Origin: Heptranchias perlo
Lineage: Eukaryota
NCBI RefSeq assembly: GCF_035084215.1
Contig: NW_027139247.1
Span: 310,001 to 374,000 of the forward strand
Reading direction: 5' to 3'
DNA length: 64,000 bases
Shown here one piece after another: positions 27,901-39,252 of this stretch. Position 1 is the stretch's first letter. Every line of letters begins with the position of its first letter. Made by a program: the position numbers and the translations under genes. Below the pieces are notes generated by a model. The model was given only the letters and a program-made list of their open reading frames with translations. It made no database searches and was not told where the DNA came from.

Positions 27901-28700
27901 TCCTCAGAAGCTGCTGGTGGAGGACTCACCAACAATAGCTGCCAGTGCTTGGGGGAACCAGCCCCATTCTGGCAGGTGTAGACACGGACACCTCAGAGCC
28001 AGCTAGTGTCAGAGGAGGATTCTCCCTCTTTCTCTTGGGAGGCCTGGGTACAAGTTGGTGTGCAGTGGGATGGCAGGGATTGGTTGGTGAGTGGTCTTAA
28101 CCAGCCCGTCCCACTCTAAACCATCGAGGCAACAACCGGAGCGTCCCCCCACCCCGCCTTTGAGGTTTTCCTGTTCAATCCCATAGTGGGACCCCAGCCG
28201 ACAGGGCTTGGAGATGACTGTATGAACTGGACCCCAACCAATCCAACTGCATTTAATCCCGAGTAGTGCCAAACTGAACCTGGAATTGGAGCAGAGTTGG
28301 TGCTTGATGCCGATGCAGGGACATGAGGGCTGGACATTTCACACCCCCCCACCCCCGAAGATTTATTGGAGTTATTAAAGAAACCCTGGTGTGACTGTGT
28401 TTTAAAAAATCCAGGGTCTCTCAAAATGGCTGCGGTCAGACACATGGCCTGAAAGCCTGCTGGATTCTCCAACAACTTGGCAGGCTTCGTGTTTCAGACA
28501 GGTTTCCTTGAACAATGCAGTTGCATTCAAGCCCTGAGGCAAGCCATCAACATGGCCGGCCGACACATCTAAATTCGAGCAGGAGAAACCCCAGGACAAA
28601 AGATAGACCATCAAGGAACATTTGGAACAATGGTAAAGCAGTTATGGAACAGATCAATACAGGAACCGGCCATCATGTAAATGGGCCAGAGATGGGGTCC
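24950..28700 (-). mobile_element. Decayed DIRS1-type tyrosine-recombinase retrotransposon
   Basis: Minus-strand remnants in DIRS order. Gag-like: RYLAWLR..QMPFDAEGFFGEQVEELL (~26720-26835). RT start: GWLGHF and Y*ISFVFVA*ASNVFTT. Methyltransferase-like: EWMIQTEVVQNIFNTWG*P..IDLLASPDN (~25725-25815). YR C-terminus: PAPWSHPHISTRHHY (~25095-25150; consensus AATWxSxxTFxxHY). Ends not defined. Confidence 0.7.
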
Positions 28701-31700
28701 TTTGTCTTACATTTTCGTGCTTAAATAGAACAATAAAGCAAGCTGATGAGGTACGAAAAAAACCTGTTACCAGGAGGGTATAACTGGGAGCTTCCCAGTA
28801 TCTCTCTCTCTTTTTCTCTTCGCCTCCTGGCTCAGGGTCCTGCTGCCTGCTAGCAGCTAAGAAGGAAGGCCATCCAGTAAACCTCGCAAACACCTGTCGA
28901 CGGCAGCAGCAGGGCACAGGGGCCAGGTCTTTTCATCTGTTTCACCGGTGAGCATTAATTTTCTGGCCGCCACAAGACAACCTAGCTAGGTGTAAGGGTG
29001 GGGGTTAAAGGGGATTGCTAAACTTGCGATTTTAGAATTTTCCCTCGATGTGTCCGTTTCTTCCACCCCGTTAAGTGTAAGACTGTATTGTATCTATAGC
29101 GATTTCTTTATCTTCTGTATAATACTGTTTACCTTGTAGTTTTTAGTTATCTTATTAATAAACATTGGTTTTCCTTGTACCAATCCACTGGTCTGTTTGT
29201 CTGTCTTTGTTACCGCCCGATAAGTCCTCAGCTCAGAATCAGGAAGGGGAAAGTGATTCGCAACCGCACTGCGGGCAGGGCAGCTCAGGAAAAACATAAC
29301 TGGCTGACCTATAATAAGCCCGAGAAACAGTAAAAAAAAACCTTACATTAACAATACAAATAGATGTCAGAACAAGTCAAAATGAAAATGGAAGGGATGG
29401 AAGTCTCAGTGATCTTAGTGTCCAAACTACAGCCAGCAGACTATAGACAGACTCTGTGAGCCCCTGCAATCTGGCCAACAAGTGTCTTTCTCTGCTTCAA
29501 ATACGTATCCAATTTTCCATCAAATGCAATAATCTTTGCCTCAACTATTCCCTGTGGTAAAGCATTCTGTGCTCCAAACAACTCCAAATAAATATCTCCT
29601 AACCTCTCTTCTCACTCTTAGTAATCATTTTAAATTGTTGCCTCTACTTCAACGACTCTTCAACCAGAGGAAATAATATTTCCCTTTTCACTTGATCAAA
29701 ACCCTTCATAATTTTGGAAACCTCAATGGATCATCCTCTTGGCTTCTCTGCTCCAGTTGAAATAGTCTGAGGACTGACGGCATGATGAGATTGGGGGATG
29801 GGCCTGTAGGTGAGGCACAACCAATCGAGGAAGGGGCTAAGGTTCTCCCCGGGCACTTTCTTTGCTAGAATTATCAGAATCAATGAACCAGCTCCTAGCT
29901 TTTAATGTTAGTTCCTTACTCCGACATCTATTTGTCTTTTTAATTCTTGCCTTATTTGATTCTGCTCATTTTTTGGAATCTAGTTTAATCATTTTATCCT
30001 GGATTATGCACAAAATAGACCTGGTGGGTGGACCCTTAAACTTCGCTAAAACTGGGCGTCTGGAATGGGAAAGAAATGCAGCAGAAGAGAATGGGTTGGA
30101 TGCAATCTCCATCCATTGGCTGCGTGTTTCGATGGGACTGTGGCGGCGGAGGTGGGGAGAGGGGGGAGAGGGATGGGGGGTGGGGGGTGGGGGTTGGTGC
30201 TGGTTGTTGACCATCAATGAAAAAACAAATTAAATTATGTAGAGTTGGTACTAAGAAATGGATGGTACACAGAGGGATGGGTTGAGAAGGCTTTCAGATG
30301 CTCTGCTCCCTCCTTTGCTGTATCTCTACTGGCACTGATTAGATTTTGCTCTCTCTTGTATTCGATCCACTTGTTTTTGTGGTTTTGTTCCTCACAACTT
30401 TGGTCTGTGGGTAGCTTGATAAAAAAAAACATTTCCTCTCGCCCTTCCTAATATCAACCGTGGGTCAGTGACAGAAGAAAAAATTACACTACCGGAAGGC
30501 ATATTATTCAAAGGCCAATCATTATTTTAATATAACGCCAACTGTAATGTGCTTCGGTCAGTTTATGGGTCACCAAAATCATTTAATAAATGTTGATAAT
30601 AGAACGGATGAAAGAAATCGAAGGGGAATAAATCTTCTGGTCGTCCTGGTCTAGCAATTACTGTTAGTAAAATAAGTTTACTCAGGCTTATAACATCCAT
30701 ATAACATTCTCCATGCTCTATTTTAATATAGACATCAACCCATTTATTTTAAAAGGGCCAAAGCTAATCTATGATACAGATGACCTTTTTTGGCAGTATT
30801 ATTATAGATGGAAATCAGAGGAAATGTTTTTGTTATATTCAGTGTTCTGAACGAAGAGCACATTTATGGAAATTCTGTAGCTCCAACCGTGACTATTGAC
30901 AGTAATTTTAAGAGACAAAATGTTCTGGGCTGGGATGGAGAAGAAGCCGATGTGAACTTCCCCCGCCCCCCTCGCCCCCCGTGTGTAGCGGAGACGCTGA
31001 AAGGGAAATTCTGGCCCAAAATGCCGCCAGCATATTACAGTTTCGTCCCATTTAACATTTTTTTTAAAAATCGTCCTTTCCATCTTCTATGTTAGATCTG
31101 TGCATTGTCGATTCTCTCTCATTCTCTGCCATTCTATCTCATTCCTGTAGAATTAGGACCATCGCTATATCTCTCTGTTTTATTCCCAGCAGTTTCAGTT
31201 CGAGACAAGCCTGGATCTTCCAATCGTTCCTCCCACCAGCAGAGGTGAAAGGGGTGGGAGCTTCCGTCCACCAAAGATGTGTGTCTTCGACTCTGACTTA
31301 ATTCCCCTGATAATCTCATTTGCAAAAACAGAAGTTGGGCGTTAAACGCAAATATGCGGGAATCATGGTGCAGCTGAAAAAGGCAACTCGGATGCAGGAA
31401 AGTTCAGTAGTAAATGAAGATTCAAGGCGGCATGTGTACATTCGGTTAATTGTGATGTTTCTCATTGGAGGTGCTCCTGTAGGAAGGGCGGAAAAGGAGG
31501 GGTGTTCTGTTTGAGTAACAGTTGCCAGGAGGAGGGGTGTGGGAGATTTTCCTTTGCACTGATTTGAATTTTGTCTGCAGGAGGTTGTAGAAACAGGTCT
31601 TCTGTGATGCCTCACTCTATGAGCCTCTCAACTAGCCTGTTCTATCTCCTCCTCATAACATAGGAACAGTGGGATTCCCATTAGAAAACGCATATGGCCA

Positions 31701-31939
31701 GTACAAAACTACTTTCTGCAGAGCTGACTAAAATGATCAATAAAAGTCCAGAAAGAACCTCCAGAGCACCAAACAGTTAAAGTCATCATGCAGTCAAAGT
31801 AACAGCAAACTTCAGCTGTCGCAAACATAACGGCCTCCTCAATGGGTATTGCCTCGGGGAACCAGTCTGCAGGTAGTATCGCCCTTCTACAGTGATGGTA
31901 ACAATTGGGAGTGAGTCTGGGGTAAAAGTTGGGGACAAT

Positions 31940-32123
31940 GAGAGTAATGTTAACTTTGAGTGTTAATGTAAAATGGGTGATATCGAATTGGCCGCTCGTT
32001 ATAGGCCCCGCCCTATTTTCCATTCCATTGACTTCAATACAAAGGAAAATTGAGCGTGGTATATAATGGCGGCTAATCCCATATCGTTCATTTTACGCCA
32101 TGGCTCAAAGTTAAAGTTACCCC
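31940..32123. mobile_element. Palindromic MITE, near-complete hairpin
   Basis: GAGAGTAATGTTAACTTTGAG...CTCAAAGTTAAAGTTACCCC with centre ccattgacttcaat. Confidence 0.8.
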
Positions 32124-32276
32124 ACAATGACTGGGGGTAGCCACGTCCAAATCACCCTATTTAAATAATACCAGATGCCTTAGTGGGGGGTAATACAGGT
32201 GGTGACCAACACGGCTCCATTTTACTGAGTTTCTCTCCCAAAAGGAGCCCTAAATCAGAATTAAATACAGCCACTT

Positions 32277-32390
32277 GGGGGGTAAGTTTCACTTTGGCCT
32301 CAAAGAATGAAGCAACGGAAGATGTGTATAACGGGCGGCCCATCCGATATCGCCCGTTTTACACTATCGCCGAAAGTTAAAATCTTCCCC
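32277..32390. mobile_element. Palindromic MITE, internally deleted
   Basis: GGGGGGTAAGTTTCACTTTGGC...CGCCGAAAGTTAAAATCTTCCCC. Confidence 0.75.
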
Positions 32391-33396
32391 TTGTGTCTCG
32401 GATCCCACCGTGAGAATATGATGCCGAGCTCCCAATTTTTATTATTTTCAGGGTAAATGAGAAATAACAAGTTTGCTGATGACTCCCCTGTACTCATCAG
32501 TGTGGATCATTACACTGTTTGGACCAACCTTGTACGGTGTAGATCTGTGTAAAGTGTTTTATGTGCACCGCCGATGCAGCGCCAGCAATCCGTGCGCCAT
32601 TATTAGTTATTTTAACAATCCCTCCAGCTTTTTTTTTTGATTTACTGCAGCATTGCAAGTAAGCTAAGTGTTAAAAAGTGATTAAACAGGTCAAACCTGA
32701 ATACGTACCTTTCTACTAATTACAATGTGCTATATTTTATGGACCACAAATCTGGTACATTAAATGGTCCCGCTGCTGAGGCGTGGAGCGTGCTGATTCT
32801 GGGGCTATGTGGAGCTGCCTTACAATCGAGTTTGAAATATTTTGATATTACATTGTGTTAGGGCCTAATGTATCAGAGAAATTGAACTCTCATTGGTCAC
32901 TTTACGAGGTCAAACATCAGGATATCACCTGCTCAATGTTTGAATGCATTTGCTAAAAGTCAGGATTGGATATTAAATGGTATTTTATTACACTATTACA
33001 CGTTACAATGCAAAATCACAAAGGTTATTTGTAGAAAAGGTGCGTCTGATTTATATTATCATTGATGTCATTTGTAAAGGCATCGAATCTATTCGGGTGG
33101 CGCAATATAATGTGTTTCCTGTTTGTACAGAAAACTTTCGACACCAATGAAATGCCAAATGATTGACTTAAGCTCTACCAGTTACCAATTTCGCAGCACA
33201 ATCTTTTTCTTTGAGGTAACTCACGCAATAAATGATGTGCGGTGCATGGATAGTTGTAGTGCGCAGGATTTACGTGGCACAGAGTGTGAATAATTCGAGT
33301 GAAGGAAAAATCAGCATTAATTATCAGACAGTACTTTTTAGTCAATTATTTTTGATGACCATGATCCTGATTTTTTTCACTCCCCCCAAATTGCAG

Positions 33397-34219
33397 CCAA
33401 TTTGCTAACCGTTGTGATTCTCTCCCGGGGAAAGTGCGGTCTCTTCAAAAGCATTTATTTACCTGGTGGCCATGGCAGCGGCTTATCTCCTGGTCCTGAT
33501 ATTCGATGTGAAATGAATGAAATTTATTTCCCAGGTTCATTCCTGGACAACACTCCCGTCTGCAGTCTGAATTTCTTCCTAATTTTTGCTTCTATTGAAC
33601 ATCCTGTCTGCTTAATGGTCGCTTTCACCTTTGATACATTTGTGGCCAAAAATTAAGAACAAAATATTGCATCGAAAAATCTGGTTGGAACAATGATAGG
33701 CGGCTGTGCATTTTTGAAAACATCCCAATTTAATTTACCTTTTAACCTCACGTATTAATTAACAATATATCGTGGTTCTGCGATGTGTAATCAAGCCTCT
33801 ATACTGTAGCTATATGGGTTACATTCTTATGGGTTGACAAAGCTTTAATGCCTTTTATCCAGATCCTTTTGATTCTGACATTTAATGGTCTGACCATCTG
33901 GCCTGTTCATTCTACTGACAAGTAGCAACAGTGACACAGAAATGGAAAATGGAAGGCAATCCATCCTTTGGCTGCGTTTACACTGTTATCGATGGTAACT
34001 TTTATTCATTGTATCGGTGTACAAATGGCAGATACTCAATATTTGCAGACAGATTACAGTAATCCTTTCACTGTCATGGAACAAACTGGATATATGCTGC
34101 AGCATTTGAATTCCTGCACAAATACCATTATTTATGTAGTGGCCCAGAATAAATTCAGGGAGGAGTTAAATAATCTGTTTAAATATCCCTTAGCTCTAAT
34201 TATTAAGTTAGGGAAATAA
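33397..34219 (+). pseudogene. GPR139-like GPCR pseudogene, exon 2
   Basis: Acceptor ttgcag|CC AAT TTG. Homologous to 16881-17794: LTVVILSRGKCGL, YFPGSFLDNTPVCSLN, VAFTFDTF, NPFTVMEQTGYMLQHLNSCTNTIIYVVAQNKFREEL. Frameshifts (~33455), in-frame stops (33654, 33788) and deletions. Confidence 0.9.
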
Positions 34220-34289
34220 TTGAAAGGTCTGACTCCAACCATAACTGACTACAGGGAATTGGAACTAACTTCCATCTTAATTATCCAAA

Positions 34290-34700
34290 ATATGCAGCCG
34301 CTCACCCGCCTGTTTTACATCCAATGTGATTATTTTTCCAATTCATTTGAATGTAGAGGAAAGTCGGGTGGGGTGTAATGGGCGGCCGACCTGCTCCCGC
34401 CTGGATTGCACCTCACCTGATGCTGAATGTGACCCCTGGTAAGTTGGGACTTTCAACTCTGGTCGGGGGAGGCCAATGGACAGGAAATCCGGGCGGCCGG
34501 TCCGTTTCTGCTCGTTTCGTGCCCCTGCCGAAGTTGAAAGTCGCCTCTAAAATATTCCCGAAATCCATCTGTACTTGTGTGAGCTTTCAACTTTCAGCTT
34601 GACTCTGTGGAGAAGATTTTCAACTTGCCCCTGGGGCCTGAAACGGGCTTTGCAGATTGGCCGCCCCGTTACAGAAACCGCCTGATCCTCATTTGCGTTG
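34290..34700. mobile_element. Cluster of 2-3 decayed palindromic MITEs
   Basis: Family motifs tgaatgtgacccc, aagttgaaagtcgcc and gattttcaactt..gaaacgggc..gattggccgccccgtta. Confidence 0.55.
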
Positions 34701-35414
34701 AAATCACAGGGTTAGCAGCAGAGGTATTAGATTGACCTCACTCCGTTCAGTTAGGGAGCGAGAAGTGGCCTCGGGATTTGCTCTGGATCACTGACTTGGG
34801 GATGCTGCTGTGTGAAATGTGAATGTGCGGGAAGGATTGGGCTCGCCCGCGTTGCCAGGAACTGAATCGTGTGTCCAGATTCACTGCTGAGGCTCACAAA
34901 GGGAGCCTGTTCCCCCGCGGCCAATGCCAAGGGAGAAAACAGAAAATAAAATCAAGATTGTGCTAATTAAGAATGTGTCACTTTTAACAAAACATATTTT
35001 AAAATCCTTGGCGTGCATTTATTCCGCACGACATTATGTAATATATAGCACCAGTTTAAGCAATTATCGATGGGATTTGATAATGTGGCTTCAATGTGGA
35101 ATTTTTCTAATACAATGACTGACACATAAAGCAGGCGTGAAATGGTTATGCAAATAGATTTGGTTCAGCAATGAAGTAAATGATTCGCAATGACTATTTC
35201 AGCGAGTTGTTGGATCCAAAGCAAGTCTGGCGTTTGACCATCTCAGGTACTGGTTAAACTATGTTGTAATCTGGGGAGTGAAATATAAATATTAGACAAT
35301 CCAAAGATGATGGTGCAGAGCACGCTATAGAGAATGAAGTGACTTGTTTATTCTCTATTCGTGTTTGTTACTCTTCGTTAGTTACCTGACTGTAGCTAGT
35401 CGCTTTCTACCAGG

Positions 35415-35705
35415 TACATACGTACGAACATACGAATTAAGAGCAGGAGTAGGCCATTCGGCCCCTCGAGCCTGCTATGCCATTTGATAAGATCATGATT
35501 GTGACCTCAACCCTACTTTCCCGTCTACCTACTATAATCTTTGACTCCTTGTTAATCAGGAATCTATCTAACCCTGCCTTAAAAATATTCAATGACCCTG
35601 CCTCCACTGCTCTCTGGGGAAGGGAGTTCCACAGACTCACGACCCTCAGAGAAAAAATTTCTCCTCATCTCCGTTTTAAATGGGAGACCCCTTAATTTTA
35701 AACTG
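35415..35705 (-). mobile_element. CR1 LINE 3' end
   Basis: ORF 35437..35640 (LWNSLPQRAVEA); tail catacgtacgaacatacgaa. Confidence 0.88.
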
Positions 35706-35935
35706 TGTGGATGCCAACATTGCAACAAAGACACCCAGTATGTGGTAAACATTCCAGGGAAATTGATTGAAAGGCCTATTGACAGTGAGAAAATGCACCA
35801 TCTAAATTGTACTGTGCCAGGTCAACCAGGCTCCATCTAAGAACGCTGGTCGCAGCCGTGTGGCTGTCGGGGAGTTGACGTTAGCCCCAGGATTGTTGGG
35901 CTTGCAAGGAGAGAAATGGCTGAGGCTCTGCTCTT

Positions 35936-38884
35936 AGAACATAAGAACATAAGAAATTGGAGCAGGAGTAGGCCAATCGGCCCCTCGAGCCTGCTCCGCC
36001 ATTCAATAAGATCATGGCTGATCTGATCCCAACCACAAATCTAAAGAACACAAGAAGTCGGAGCAGGACCCGGCCACATAGCCCCTGGGCCCTCTCCGCC
36101 ACCCACAGGGCATTGACCGATCCGAACTCAGCTTCATGTCCAATTTCCTGCCCGCTCCCCATAACCCCTAATTCCCTTTACTTCTAGGAAACTGTCTATT
36201 TCTGTTTTAAATTTATCTAATGATGTAGCTTCCACAGCTTCCTGGGGCAGCATATTCCACAGACCTACCACCCTCTGAGTGAAGAAGTTTCTCCTCATCT
36301 CAGTTTTGAAAGAGCAGCCCCTTATTCTAAGATTATGCCCCCTAGTTCTAGTTTCACCCATCTTTGGGAACATCCTTACTGCATCCACCCGATCAAGACC
36401 CTTCACAATCTTATATGTTTCAATAAGATCGCCTCTCATTCTTCTGAACTCCAATGAGTAGAGTCCCAATCTACTCAACCTCTCCTCATATGTCCGCCCC
36501 CTCATCCCCGGGATTAACCGAGTGAACCTTCTTTGTACTGCCTCGAGAGCAAGTATGTCTTTTCTTAAGTATGGAGACCAAAACTGTATGCAGTATTCCA
36601 GGTGCGGTCTCACCAATACCTTATATAACTGCAGCAATACCTCCTTGTTTTTATATTCTATCCCCCTAGCAATAAAAGCCAACATTCCGTTGGCTTTCTT
36701 GATCACCTGCTGCACCTGCATACCAACTTTTTGATTTTCTTGCACTAGGACCCCCAGATCCCTTTGTACTGCAGTACTTTCCAGTCTCTCGCCATTAAGA
36801 AAATAACTTGCTCTCTGATTTTTCCTGCCAAAGTGCATAACCTCACATTTTCCAATATTATATTGCATCTGCCAAATCTCCGCCCACTCACCCAGCCTGT
36901 CTATATCCCCTTGCAGGTTTTTTATGTCCTCCTCACTCTCTACTTTCCCTCCCATCTTTGTATCATCTGCAAATTTTGATATGTTGCACTCGATCCCCTC
37001 CTCCAAATCGTTAATATAGATTGTAAAGAGTTGGGGACCCAGCACCGACCCCTGTGGAACACCACTGGTTACTGGTTGCCAGTCCGAAAATGAACCATTT
37101 ATCCCAACTCTCTGCTTCCTGTTTGATAACCAATCCTCCACCCATGCCAGAATATTACCCCCAATCCCGTGATTTTTTATCTTAAGTAATAATCTTTTAT
37201 GTGGCACCTTGTCGAATGCCTTCTGGAAGTCTAAATACACTACGTCCACTGGTTCCCCTTTATCCACCCTATACGTTATATCCTCGAAGAACTCAAGCAA
37301 ATTTGTCAGACATGACTTCCCCTTCATGAAGCCATGCTGACTTTGTCCTATTAAATTATGCTTATCTAAATGTTCCGTTACTGTCTCCTTAATAATAGAC
37401 TCCAAAATTTTACCCACCACAGATGTTAAGCTAACTGGCCTATAATTTCCAGCCTTCTGCCTACTACCCTTTTTAAATAACGGTGTTACATTAGCAGTTT
37501 TCCAATCTGCCGGGACCTCTCCTGAGTCCAGGGAATTTTGGAAAACTATCACCAAAGCATCCACAATCCCTACTGCCACTTCCCTCAAGACCCTAGGATG
37601 GAAGCCATCAGGTCCAGGGGATTTATCCGCCTTGAGTCCCATTATTTTACTGAGTACCATCTCCTGAGTGATTTTAATCGTATTTAGCTCCTCCCCCCCG
37701 AGAGTCCCCTGTTTGTCCAGTGTTGGGATATTCTTAGTGTCCTCTACTGTAAAGACTGAAACAAAATATTTGTTCAGCATTTTTGCCATCTCCATGTTTC
37801 CCACCATTAATTTCCCGGTCTCATCCTCTAAGGGACCTATGTTTGCCTTAGCCACCCTTTTTCTTTTTATATAACTATAGAAACTCTTGCTATCTGTTTT
37901 TATATTTTTTGCTAATTTCTTTTCATAATCTAACTTCCCTTTCTTAATCAATCCTTTAGTTACTTTTTGCTGTCTTTTGAAGAATTCCCAATCTTCTATC
38001 CTCCCACTAAGTTTGGCTACCTTATATGTCCTTGTTTTTAGTCGGATACTATCCTTGATTTCTTTACTTAGCCACGGGTGGCTGTCATTTCTTTTACACC
38101 CTTTTTTCCTCAGTGGAATATATTTATTTTGAAAGTTGTAAAATAACTCCCTAAATGAACACCACTGCTCATGTACCGTCTTACCCTTTAATCTATTTTC
38201 CCAGTCCACTTTAATCAATTCCGCTCTCATACCATCATAGTCTCCTTTATTCAAGCTCAGTACGCTTGTTTGAGAATCAACCTTCTCACCCTCTAATTGG
38301 ATATGGAATTCAACCATGTTGTGGTCGCTCGTTCCAAGGGGATCCTTAACTAGGACATTATTAATTAATCCTGACTCATTACACAGGACCAGGTCCAAGG
38401 TTGCCTGCCCCCTTGTAGGATCAGTTACATACTGCTCAAGAAATCCATCCCTGATGCACTCAATGAACTCGTCCTCAAGGCTGCTCTGCCCAATTTGATT
38501 TGTCCAGTTAATATGATAATTAAAATCCCCCATAATTATGGCTGTTCCCTTATTACATGCCCCGACTATCTCCTGATTAATACTTCTTCCAGCAGAGTTG
38601 CAACTATTAGGAGGCCTATATACTACGCCCACTAATGTTTTTTTTCCCTTATTATTCCTTATCTCCACCCAAACTGTTTCATTATCTTGATGCTTTGTCC
38701 CAATATCATTTCTCTGTATTACAGTGATTCCTTCCTTTATTAACATAGCCACCCCACCTCCCCTTCCTTCCTGCCTGTCCTTCCTGATTGTTAAATACCC
38801 TGGCATATTTAATTCCCAGTCGTTGTCACCCTGCAGCCATGTTTCTGTAATGGCCACAAGATCATACCCATACGTAGTTATTTG
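35936..38884 (-). mobile_element. Young CR1 LINE with uninterrupted ORF2 (APE endonuclease + RT), 5'-truncated, 7-bp TSD
   Basis: ORF 36134..38968: AITETWL, GGGVA, YRPP, GDFN, TLDL, SDH (EN); [34 protein letters not shown] (RT). TGCTCTT at 35929-35935 and 38885-38891. (TTCTTATG)n tail. Confidence 0.97.
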
Positions 38885-38887
38885 TGC
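36134..38887 (-). CDS. CR1 ORF2 endonuclease/reverse transcriptase, N-terminally truncated, no stops
   Basis: About 917 element-derived codons from AQITTYGYDL to GNWT*. The first 27 aa of the called ORF are flank sequence and start at GTG. Confidence 0.85.
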   Translation of the reverse strand, partial: AQITTYGYDLVAITETWLQGDNDWELNMPGYLTIRKDRQEGRGGGVAMLIKEGITVIQRNDIGTKHQDNETVWVEIRNNKGKKTLVGVVYRPPNSCNSAGRSINQEIVGACNKGTAIIMGDFNYHINWTNQIGQSSLEDEFIECIRDGFLEQYVTDPTRGQATLDLVLCNESGLINNVLVKDPLGTSDHNMVEFHIQLEGEKVDSQTSVLSLNKGDYDGMRAELIKVDWENRLKGKTVHEQWCSFRELFYNFQNKYIPLRKKGCKRNDSHPWLSKEIKDSIRLKTRTYKVAKLSGRIEDWEFFKRQQKVTKGLIKKGKLDYEKKLAKNIKTDSKSFYSYIKRKRVAKANIGPLEDETGKLMVGNMEMAKMLNKYFVSVFTVEDTKNIPTLDKQGTLGGEELNTIKITQEMVLSKIMGLKADKSPGPDGFHPRVLREVAVGIVDALVIVFQNSLDSGEVPADWKTANVTPLFKKGSRQKAGNYRPVSLTSVVGKILESIIKETVTEHLDKHNLIGQSQHGFMKGKSCLTNLLEFFEDITYRVDKGEPVDVVYLDFQKAFDKVPHKRLLLKIKNHGIGGNILAWVEDWLSNRKQRVGINGSFSDWQPVTSGVPQGSVLGPQLFTIYINDLEEGIECNISKFADDTKMGGKVESEEDIKNLQGDIDRLGEWAEIWQMQYNIGKCEVMHFGRKNQRASYFLNGERLESTAVQRDLGVLVQENQKVGMQVQQVIKKANGMLAFIARGIEYKNKEVLLQLYKVLVRPHLEYCIQFWSPYLRKDILALEAVQRRFTRLIPGMRGRTYEERLSRLGLYSLEFRRMRGDLIETYKIVKGLDRVDAVRMFPKMGETRTRGHNLRIRGCSFKTEMRRNFFTQRVVGLWNMLPQEAVEATSLDKFKTEIDSFLEVKGIRGYGERAGNWT

Positions 38888-39252
38888 TCTTGATGGCCAT
38901 CCTGCTGGAAAGGGCGGCTCTATGAGCACAGGGTGAAGGCAGGACCTCAGAGTCTGGCGGAAACACACATGAAGTATGGCCCTTCAGACCAGGTACCTGA
39001 GGGCTGCCGGTGTCTGGGAATCACTGAGTTGTCCGGAGAAAAGGGTGGGCAGAAAAATAGCCCGTTCTATAGAACTGAACAAACACATTAATTTGAATGA
39101 GTATTCAATTCCTATGATATCCAGTCACCGACCATTCCCATCATATTTTCCGTTGTTTCACTTCATTTATGATATTTTAATATTATTAAGCATTACAAAC
39201 CCTGCTGCCGAGTTAACAAAAGTTTTGGTTGATTCAGAGACATCTTTGTAAA

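Noticed and set aside
28743-28775. CTGATGAGGTACGAAA hammerhead-like core
   Set aside because: Stems I and III cannot pair beyond 1-2 bp.
32410-32458. Possible exon 1 of the GPCR pseudogene (ENMMPSSQFLLFSG|gtaaat)
   Set aside because: Too little similarity to ENIYYPILAIIGVP to support.
38888-38968. Novel N-terminus fused to CR1 ORF2 (domesticated RT gene)
   Set aside because: Lies outside the TSD and starts at GTG; chance read-through of flank.
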